From an uncultured Bacteroidota bacterium (GTDB lineage Bacteria; Bacteroidota; Bacteroidia; Bacteroidales; VadinHA17), in assembly GCA_937864815.1 (NCBI GenBank), contig CALMJY010000172.1, positions 7,322 through 71,321 of the forward strand: 64,000 bases of DNA, written 5' to 3'. Each line of letters begins with the position of its first letter. Within the stretch, counting starts at the first letter, position 1. The position numbers and the translations under genes were made by a program. Under the pieces are notes generated by a model. That model was not told the origin of the DNA. It worked only from the letters and a program-made list of their open reading frames with translations, and made no database searches. This document shows positions 36,802-44,110 of this stretch, piece by piece.

Positions 36802-38763
36802 ATGCTTGTTTACACAATAAAAGAGCTTTGCAGAACCTGCTATACCTGTGTCAGGGAATGTCCGGCAAAAGCAATCCGGATTGTAGGAGGCCAGGCTGAA
36901 GTTATTGATGAACGCTGCATTGTATGTGGTAATTGCACCAAAGTGTGCAGCCAGGGTGCAAAAGTCTTCCTTAATACTGTCGACAGGGTTAAGAAGATAC
37001 TTGATAGCGATGCGAAAATAGCAGCTATTGTTGCACCAAGCTTTCCTGCCGAGTTCTCTGACTTTCCGGATCACAGGGTACTGGTCGGTATGATACGGTC
37101 CTTAGGATTTGATTATGTAGCGGAAGTATCTTTCGGTGCTGACCTGGTTGCTGATAAATTCAGGCAGCTGATTGAACAGAATGAAAGATTTTATATTTCG
37201 TCCGATTGTCCTTCAATTGTAAATTACGTTAAATATTACCATCCGTCACTGTCTGACAAGCTTGCCCCCATTGTTTCACCAATGGTTGCAATGTCGAGAG
37301 TTATGAGGGAAAAATATGGCAGGGATCTTAAGATTGTTTTTATTGGTCCGTGTGTTGCCAAGAAAGCTGAGAGTCCTGAAGTTGATGAAGCTATTACATT
37401 TACAGAACTAAGGGATTTTTTTACCGAATTGAATGTTTCTGCAGACAGGGCTATAACCTCTGATTTTGATGAACCCACAGGAGGCAGAGGAGCAATATTC
37501 CCCGTTACGAGAGGATTGCTGCAGACAGCCAATATTAACGATGATGCAGTGACAGGTAATATAATTGCTGCTGAGGGGAGGATTGATTTCCAGAGTGCTC
37601 TTAAGGAGATGGAAGCAGGCCTTATTCAGGACCAGCATATGGAACTTCTTTGCTGTGAGGGATGTATTATGGGGCCCGGTTTGTCGAAGAATGGTAAACA
37701 GTATAACCGGAGATCACTTGTCAGCTCGTACGCCGGTAAGAAAATGAGCAGCCTTGATTCAAAAAAATGGAAAGAAGCAATCGAAAGTTTCAGTAAACTC
37801 GACCTTAGCTGCCAGCATAAGCCTGAAGCTCCGCGGATAGATGATCTGGGAGAAAATGATGTGGCAGATATCCTCGCCAGAATCAACAAGAAATCAAAGA
37901 AAGATCAGCTGGACTGCGGGGCATGCGGGTATGAAACATGTGTTGAACATGCCATAGCTATAAAGAAAGGAATTGCTGAAGTTGAGATGTGCCTGCCATA
38001 TACAATTGAAAAACTTCACAGATCTGTTAAGGATCTTGCTTTATCGAATGAGAAGTTGTCATCGATGAAGCAGGCACTTAAACAATCTGAAAAGCTTGCA
38101 CATATGGGACAGCTTTCTGCCGGAATAGCGCATGAGCTGAATAATCCTCTTGGAGTGGTAATAATGTACAGCAATATACTTCTGGAAGAAGCTAAAGAAG
38201 GAGATCCTGTAAGTGAGGATCTCAAGTTGATTGTAGAACAGGCCGGAAGATGCAAGAAAATCGTTGCAGGACTTCTCAATTTTGCAAGAAAAAATCAGGT
38301 CAATCACCAGTTGCTTGGTATCCGCGAGCTAATAAACAGCAGTCTTGAAGGGGTAATTATACCTGCAAAAGTAAAGATCAGCATTAATGATCAGACAACA
38401 AATCCCCAAGCGATGCTGGATCATGAGCAGATGATGCAGGTAATAACCAACCTGATTAAAAACGCGATTGATGCCATGCCATCAGACGGTGAAATAAGAA
38501 TAATGCTTGAAGATACACTTAGTGATGTAATAATAACGATATCTGATACAGGTACAGGTATAAAAGAAGAGGACAGGGCAAAAATATTTGAGCCATTCTT
38601 TACAACAAAAAGCATAGGACATGGAACCGGACTTGGACTTGCAACAGCCTATGGCATAGTTAAGATGCATAAGGGACAGATAACAGCCGAGTCGAATGAT
38701 GATCCCGAAAAAGGACCGACCGGTACAAAATTTAAAATTGTCTTACCCAGAGGGAAGGAATGA
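36802..38763 (+). CDS. hydS: HydS-like sensory [FeFe]-hydrogenase domain fused to a histidine kinase (HisKA + HATPase_c)
   Basis: 653 aa. CRTCYTCVRECP and CIVCGNCTKVCS. H-domain motifs SSDCP / GPCVAKKAE / LLCCEGCIMG. LDCGACGYETC...EMC. H-box AHELNNPL, N-box NLIKNAIDA, DTGTGI and GTGLGLA. Confidence 0.85.
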   Translation: MLVYTIKELCRTCYTCVRECPAKAIRIVGGQAEVIDERCIVCGNCTKVCSQGAKVFLNTVDRVKKILDSDAKIAAIVAPSFPAEFSDFPDHRVLVGMIRSLGFDYVAEVSFGADLVADKFRQLIEQNERFYISSDCPSIVNYVKYYHPSLSDKLAPIVSPMVAMSRVMREKYGRDLKIVFIGPCVAKKAESPEVDEAITFTELRDFFTELNVSADRAITSDFDEPTGGRGAIFPVTRGLLQTANINDDAVTGNIIAAEGRIDFQSALKEMEAGLIQDQHMELLCCEGCIMGPGLSKNGKQYNRRSLVSSYAGKKMSSLDSKKWKEAIESFSKLDLSCQHKPEAPRIDDLGENDVADILARINKKSKKDQLDCGACGYETCVEHAIAIKKGIAEVEMCLPYTIEKLHRSVKDLALSNEKLSSMKQALKQSEKLAHMGQLSAGIAHELNNPLGVVIMYSNILLEEAKEGDPVSEDLKLIVEQAGRCKKIVAGLLNFARKNQVNHQLLGIRELINSSLEGVIIPAKVKISINDQTTNPQAMLDHEQMMQVITNLIKNAIDAMPSDGEIRIMLEDTLSDVIITISDTGTGIKEEDRAKIFEPFFTTKSIGHGTGLGLATAYGIVKMHKGQITAESNDDPEKGPTGTKFKIVLPRGKE

Positions 38764-38765
38764 GG

Positions 38766-38805
38766 GGGAGAATGGGAGAATGGGAGAATGGGAGAATGGG
38801 AGAAA
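38766..38805 (+). repeat. Octamer tandem repeat GGGAGAAT x5, starting 3 nt after the stop codon
   Basis: Four perfect gggagaat units and one gggagaaa unit. Confidence 0.9.
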
Positions 38806-38842
38806 AGAACCTGGGATGAACAAGAATGTACTTTAGGGAATT

Positions 38843-38875
38843 CCCCCTTTGAAGGGGGCCAGGGGGATGTTGAAA
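38843..38875 (+). repeat. G/C-hairpin element copy (CCCCCTT-TG-AAGGGGG + CCAGGGGGATGTTGAA)
   Basis: 7-bp inverted repeat at 38843-38849 / 38852-38858. Same architecture as 11364-11394. Confidence 0.55.
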
Positions 38876-38895
38876 GAAGGAGAAATAAATGTTTA

Positions 38896-38913
38896 TTGTG
38901 AAAAATGTAACAA
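38896..38913. promoter_or_regulatory. Rex-operator-like 18-mer TTGTGAAAAATGTAACAA upstream of the REC/REC-HK/rex operon
   Basis: The left half TTGTGAA is a perfect generic Rex half-site. The flanking arms TTATTGT / ACAATAA are a perfect 7-bp inverted repeat. The site is 60 nt upstream of the ATG at 38974. Confidence 0.45.
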
Positions 38914-38973
38914 TAAATCATATTTATCATAAAAAATGCTAGGATTCAGGAAATTGTTGAAATTTGTAGAAAG

Positions 38974-39369
38974 ATGAAAAAGAGCGATATTACGATACTG
39001 GTTGCAGATGATGATCCGGATTATCTTTTTCAGACAGTTTTTAATTTAAAGAAGGAAGGCTATAAAACTATGGCCGTGGAGAGCCAGGCAGAAGCAGAGG
39101 CAGTTATTGCACGATTTAAGCCCGATCTGGCTATTTTTGACCTGATGATGGAGAGTGATGACAGTGGTTTTATTCTTTGTTACAAGATAAAGAAAAAATA
39201 CCCTGATGTCCCGGTGATACTTGCCACAGCAGTATCATATGAGACCGGACTGTCATTCAGCCTCGATTCCGATCAGGCTAAATCATGGATAAGGGCAGAT
39301 CTTTATCTTGAAAAAGGAATAAGGCCTGAGCAGCTTGACCAGGAGATTATGAAACTCTTAAAACTTTGA
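38974..39369 (+). CDS. Stand-alone response-regulator receiver (CheY-like)
   Basis: 131 aa. ADDD acidic pocket, FDLMM phospho-Asp context. No output domain. Confidence 0.85.
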   Translation: MKKSDITILVADDDPDYLFQTVFNLKKEGYKTMAVESQAEAEAVIARFKPDLAIFDLMMESDDSGFILCYKIKKKYPDVPVILATAVSYETGLSFSLDSDQAKSWIRADLYLEKGIRPEQLDQEIMKLLKL

Positions 39370-39370
39370 A

Positions 39371-40507
39371 ATGGCAGTATTAAAAGTACTGGTAATCGAT
39401 GATGAACCAGGAATCCGTTCTGGTGTTTTACGGATACTGAACAATTTTCATGTCACTTATCCTTTTATGGATGAAGATTTCACATTTGAAGTTTTTGAAG
39501 CAGGTACAGGAGAGGATGGGTTGTCATTCATTGAAAAGGAGGTTCCCGACCTTCTTCTTCTCGATAACAAATTGCCGGGTATGCAGGGTATTGAAGTTCT
39601 GGAGTACATCCGAAAGAGGAATTATGATATAATGGTGGCGATGATAACCTCTTACGCTTCTCTCGATGTGGCAATACGTGCTACAAAGGATGGCGCAATT
39701 GATTTTATCCCGAAACCATTCACCCCTCAGGAACTGAAGTCGAGCATTGAAAACATCACCAAGCAGCTGTATCTTAAGCGTATTACACATAAAATGAACC
39801 AGGAGGGAAAGAAAATACGTTATCAGTTCCTTTCGGTTTTGTCACATGAGTTAAAGGCTCCCCTCAATGCACTTGAAGGTTATCTGCGGATGATGCAGGA
39901 AAAGCAGGCAGGCGACCGGATTGAAGATTATGCAACTCCTATTGAGAGATCGCTTCAACGTGTGCAGGGGATGAGAAATCTTATTATGGATCTGCTTGAT
40001 TTTACAAAGATACGTCTCGAAAGAAAAGAGGAAAAGATTCAGGAGGTAAACCTTGCAGAAGTTGCATCAAATGCAATGGTTACAATACAGCCTTATGCAA
40101 TACAAATGGATGTCATAATGAACCTTGATGTCAGGTCTGATGTTATTATAATGGCTGACCCCGATGATATGGAAATAGTTTTCAATAATCTTATATCAAA
40201 TGCTGTTAAGTATAACAAAAGAGGAGGTAAGGTTGAACTAACAATTGACAATTCAGATAATGAGGCAATTGTGATCTTTGCCGATACAGGAATCGGTATT
40301 ACAAAGGATGATACGGAAAATCTCTTTACTGAATTTGTCAGGATAAAGAATGAAAAGACAAGGAATATCTCCGGAAGTGGTCTGGGACTATCCATTGTGA
40401 AGAAAGTCATAGGGCTATACCATGGTACGATTAAGGTGGAAAGTACTCCTGAGGTAGGCACTGTATTTACTGTCAGATTACCTAAAAAACAATTAACAAT
40501 AAGCTGA
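39371..40507 (+). CDS. REC-HisKA-HATPase hybrid kinase (N-terminal receiver)
   Basis: 378 aa. VIDDEPG / LLLLDNKLPG receiver. H-box SHELKAPLN, NLISNAVKYN, DTGIGI and GSGLGLS. Confidence 0.85.
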   Translation: MAVLKVLVIDDEPGIRSGVLRILNNFHVTYPFMDEDFTFEVFEAGTGEDGLSFIEKEVPDLLLLDNKLPGMQGIEVLEYIRKRNYDIMVAMITSYASLDVAIRATKDGAIDFIPKPFTPQELKSSIENITKQLYLKRITHKMNQEGKKIRYQFLSVLSHELKAPLNALEGYLRMMQEKQAGDRIEDYATPIERSLQRVQGMRNLIMDLLDFTKIRLERKEEKIQEVNLAEVASNAMVTIQPYAIQMDVIMNLDVRSDVIIMADPDDMEIVFNNLISNAVKYNKRGGKVELTIDNSDNEAIVIFADTGIGITKDDTENLFTEFVRIKNEKTRNISGSGLGLSIVKKVIGLYHGTIKVESTPEVGTVFTVRLPKKQLTIS

Positions 40508-40515
40508 AATGAATT

Positions 40516-41130
40516 ATGAAACTACCAGGAAAAACAGTTGAAAGACTTAGTGAATACAGAAGAACCCTTCTGGATTGCCTTAATGAGAAGAGAAACTTTA
40601 TCTTCTCTCATGATCTTGCAGCCCGGCTGCATATTACGGCCGTACAGGTCAGACGCGATCTGATGCTGATCGGATATTCAAGTGTTCTCCGCAAAGGTTA
40701 TGATGTGAGGGAGCTGATCGATACAATCGGTAAGATCATTGACTCTGAAAAGAGTTTGAATGTTGCTGTTGTCGGTATTGGTAATCTCGGCAGAGCAGTT
40801 GCCGGCTACTTCAGGGGAAAACGTTCAAAGCTCAACCTTGTAGCCTCTTTCGACAATGACCCTCACAAGGTTAATAAAGTTATATCAGGTGTTAAATGCT
40901 ATTCATATGCTGATTGCGAAAAACTGGTAAAGGAACTCAATATCAGAATTGCTATTCTTACCGTTCCGCCTGAATTTGCTAAAGAGATAACTGAGGAAAT
41001 CGTCAGATTTGGCATTAAAGGGATTCTCAATTTTACTACTATTCCTCTCAATGTTCCATCCGGTGTATATCTTGAGGAATATGATATGATTACATCCATC
41101 GAGAAGGTTGCATATTTTGTGAAAGAATAA
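40516..41130 (+). CDS. rex: Redox-sensing transcriptional repressor Rex
   Basis: 204 aa. N-terminal winged-helix (ERLSEYRRTL...). Rossmann motif VAVVGIGNLGRA. Confidence 0.9.
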   Translation: MKLPGKTVERLSEYRRTLLDCLNEKRNFIFSHDLAARLHITAVQVRRDLMLIGYSSVLRKGYDVRELIDTIGKIIDSEKSLNVAVVGIGNLGRAVAGYFRGKRSKLNLVASFDNDPHKVNKVISGVKCYSYADCEKLVKELNIRIAILTVPPEFAKEITEEIVRFGIKGILNFTTIPLNVPSGVYLEEYDMITSIEKVAYFVKE

Positions 41131-41151
41131 ATCTAGCTTTCACGGGGAGTA

Positions 41152-42072
41152 ATGAATGTTTACAGAAGCTTTGAGGAGGCCAGGAATATAAGGAATCCGG
41201 TGGTCACCACTGGTTCATTTGATGGTGTCCACATTGGACATAAAACCATACTTAAAAGGCTGAGAACTCTGGCAGAAATAAACAATGGCGAATCAGTACT
41301 TATTACTTTCGATCCCCATCCCAGGAAGGTTCTGTATCCTGAAACTGCAGGTAAAGGGCTTAAGCTAATTAACTCACAACAGGAAAAACTGGAACTGCTG
41401 GCAAAAGCAGGACTCGATAATGTCATAATAATAAGATTTTCACTTGAGTTTTCCAGAATAACAAGTGAGAACTTTGTCAGGGATTTTCTTCATGATATTC
41501 TTAAAGCCAGAGTTATCGTTGCTGGTTTTAATCACCATTTCGGATTCAATCAGGAAGGTGACTACAAACAATTATGGGGATGGCAGGAAAAATATAACTT
41601 TTTGGCTGAAGAAATTCCTGAACAGGAGGTCGAGAATGAAACTGTCAGTTCAACCAAGATCCGCAAAGCTATAAGTGAAGGTTATATTCAGAGGGCTAAT
41701 GCCTATCTAGATCATTATTATATTGTTATTGGAACCCCCATAAATTATCAATCAGAACAGGAAACCGGTTTACCTGTTCTTTGGGAAATACCGATAACTG
41801 AAGAGTGCAAATTACTGCCCTCACCCGGAATCTATGCTGTATCAGCAGAGTCAGTTAACTTTTATTCCAGAGCAATGGTTATTGTTAGTCCGAAAGAAGA
41901 CAGCCAGCCTGAATTGCTGGCACATTTCTTTGACGCACCACCAGACGGGGATAATCTTAACATTACCATGTCATTTCACAAGAAAATCCATAGTGCAGTT
42001 AATTATTCCGAACCAAAGGATGTTTCAAGGATACAATCTGCAAGAGAGGAGATATCAGAGCTTATTTACTGA
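41152..42072 (+). CDS. ribF: RibF-like FMN adenylyltransferase with a degenerate riboflavin-kinase module
   Basis: 306 aa. The N-terminal GSFDGVHIGH FMNAT motif is intact. The C-terminal module has GLPVLW where GxPTAN is expected. Confidence 0.8.
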   Translation: MNVYRSFEEARNIRNPVVTTGSFDGVHIGHKTILKRLRTLAEINNGESVLITFDPHPRKVLYPETAGKGLKLINSQQEKLELLAKAGLDNVIIIRFSLEFSRITSENFVRDFLHDILKARVIVAGFNHHFGFNQEGDYKQLWGWQEKYNFLAEEIPEQEVENETVSSTKIRKAISEGYIQRANAYLDHYYIVIGTPINYQSEQETGLPVLWEIPITEECKLLPSPGIYAVSAESVNFYSRAMVIVSPKEDSQPELLAHFFDAPPDGDNLNITMSFHKKIHSAVNYSEPKDVSRIQSAREEISELIY

Positions 42073-42104
42073 TATCCATCATAACAATTAGCCTGTTTTT
42101 TGAT

Positions 42105-42112
42105 TAAATTTG
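42105..42112 (+). promoter_or_regulatory. Candidate -7 box TAAATTTG upstream of hydG
   Basis: Matches TAnnTTTG, 22 nt upstream of the ATG at 42135. Confidence 0.4.
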
Positions 42113-42134
42113 CACCTTCAGAAATAACAGTCGA

Positions 42135-43559
42135 ATGAGGTTTTCACCGGAAAAATTAAATATACCCGATCAGAGGATGAAGCCGTTTATCGATCCCTCT
42201 GAGTTATGGGACCTGATAAACAATACCAGGCCCGATAAGATCCTTGTAAGGGAAGTTATTGCCAAATCTCTTGATAAAAATCGTCTTACCCTGAAGGAAA
42301 CTGCAGTGCTTATCAATGCTGTAGGAACTGATCTTGCTGATGAAATTAAAGAAGGAGCAAGGGAGCTAAAGCAGCGTGTGTATGGAAACAGGATTGTACT
42401 TTTTGCCCCGCTTTATGTTGGCAACAGATGCACCAATAATTGCAAATACTGCGGATTCAGGGCTTCAAATGCCGATGCAGTTCGTAAAACCCTTGATGAT
42501 AACGAGATCATACAGGAAGTTGAAGCACTTGAGGATAACGGACAGAAACGACTGATTCTTGTGTATGGTGAGCATCCTGAATATTCTCCCGAATATATTG
42601 CACATACAGTAAGGCTGGTATATGGTGTAAAAAAAGGACCGGGTGAAATCCGGAGAGTTAATATAAATGCTGCTCCACTTGATATTGAAGGTTATAGAAA
42701 AGTAGGAGAGGCCGGGATTGGTACATATCAGGTATTCCAGGAGACCTACCATCCTGAAGCCTACACCTGGTATCACCTGGGGGGTAAAAAGAAAGATTAT
42801 GAATGGCGTCTCACTTCACTTGACAGAGCCCAGGAAGCCGGAATTGATGATGTTGGAATTGGCGCCCTCTTCGGCCTGTACGACTGGAGATTTGAAGTGC
42901 TTGGACTGGTAAGACATACAAATCACCTTGAAGCATGCTACAATGTAGGACCTCATACCATTTCATTCCCCAGGATAAAAGACGCGCAAACTCTTAACCT
43001 CGACAAAAAATACGAAACAAGCGACGATGATTTCAAAAAGCTTGTTGCTATACTGAGGCTGGCTGTTCCATATACAGGACTTATTCTTACTGCCAGGGAA
43101 ACTCCTGATGTAAGAAGAGAGGTTTTGCAGTATGGTGTTTCACAAATAGACGGCGGTACAAAACTTGAACTTGGCTCTTATTCTGATTCAAAAAACGAAG
43201 AACAGAACCTGAACAGGGAACAATTCAAAATCAATGATCCACGGTCGCTGGCCGAGGTGATTGATGAGCTGCTTACAAACGATTATCTTCCTTCTTTCTG
43301 CACATCATGCTACCGCATGGGAAGAACCGGAGAACACTTCATGGAATTCTCAGTTCCGGGATTTATAAAAAGATTCTGCACACCGAATGCCATACTCACA
43401 CTTTCCGAATACATTTGTGACTATGGAAGAGGAGACACCATAAATAAAGGATGGATGGTAATAGAAAAAAACCTTGAGAAGCTTGAACCTCCTGTTGCTG
43501 AAAAGACCAGGGAAAAAATAACACGAATAAAAGCCGGAGAACGCGACCTTTATTTCTAA
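42135..43559 (+). CDS. hydG: [FeFe]-hydrogenase maturase HydG (radical SAM tyrosine lyase)
   Basis: 474 aa. CTNNCKYCGF CX3CX2C motif. C-terminal CTSCYRMGRTGEHFMEF...FC auxiliary-cluster motif. Confidence 0.9.
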   Translation: MRFSPEKLNIPDQRMKPFIDPSELWDLINNTRPDKILVREVIAKSLDKNRLTLKETAVLINAVGTDLADEIKEGARELKQRVYGNRIVLFAPLYVGNRCTNNCKYCGFRASNADAVRKTLDDNEIIQEVEALEDNGQKRLILVYGEHPEYSPEYIAHTVRLVYGVKKGPGEIRRVNINAAPLDIEGYRKVGEAGIGTYQVFQETYHPEAYTWYHLGGKKKDYEWRLTSLDRAQEAGIDDVGIGALFGLYDWRFEVLGLVRHTNHLEACYNVGPHTISFPRIKDAQTLNLDKKYETSDDDFKKLVAILRLAVPYTGLILTARETPDVRREVLQYGVSQIDGGTKLELGSYSDSKNEEQNLNREQFKINDPRSLAEVIDELLTNDYLPSFCTSCYRMGRTGEHFMEFSVPGFIKRFCTPNAILTLSEYICDYGRGDTINKGWMVIEKNLEKLEPPVAEKTREKITRIKAGERDLYF

Positions 43560-43584
43560 GAAATTACATTAACTATAATCAATA

Positions 43585-44109
43585 ATGATAAGAATCCTTG
43601 GCATAAAGATCATTGACAGAATCAAGGAAGCAGGCTTAACTCAGGGCATTCTTTCGGAACATGCTTCTGTAATTACAACAAGACTGGGATTTCATGAGGT
43701 GACTGATGAGGTTTGCAGCCGCGAAGCTTACCTGGTAATACATCTGAACGGAGATACTGACGAATATCTGATTCTGGAGAATGAGCTTAAGCTTATTGGT
43801 GGAATTGAGCTGAGGGAAATGATTTTCAATGCTGATAAAGAGCCTCTGAATGTTCTTAAAGACGGTACTCAGACTGAGATCATGGGAATTCTTGTTGAGC
43901 GCGAAAAAGAAGTGGTGCAGACAGTCCAGAAAATTCTCACATCCTATGGATGCAATATACGCACACGCCTGGGTGTCAATGAGATTTTCTTCGGACAACC
44001 TGCAGGACTGATAATCCTTGAACTCAAGGGAGATGCCGTGCAACGATCACTTCTCGAGAAGGATCTCAAGGCACTTGAAAAAGTTCATGTGAGAACGATG
44101 GTTTTTTAA
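43585..44109 (+). CDS. TM1266-like 'iron-only hydrogenase system regulator' family protein, tandem two-domain form
   Basis: 174 aa. The two halves align (I.GI ... IL ... I.TRLG..E ... L.GD ... LE..LK ... R.M.F). The position directly after hydG is typical for this family. Confidence 0.55.
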   Translation: MIRILGIKIIDRIKEAGLTQGILSEHASVITTRLGFHEVTDEVCSREAYLVIHLNGDTDEYLILENELKLIGGIELREMIFNADKEPLNVLKDGTQTEIMGILVEREKEVVQTVQKILTSYGCNIRTRLGVNEIFFGQPAGLIILELKGDAVQRSLLEKDLKALEKVHVRTMVF

Positions 44110-44110
44110 C

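Noticed and set aside
38649-38930. A 93-aa minus-strand ORF with repetitive PILPFSHSP peptide.
   Set aside because: It is the reverse-frame translation of the GGGAGAAT octamer array and of the 3' end of the HydS-HK gene, so it is spurious.
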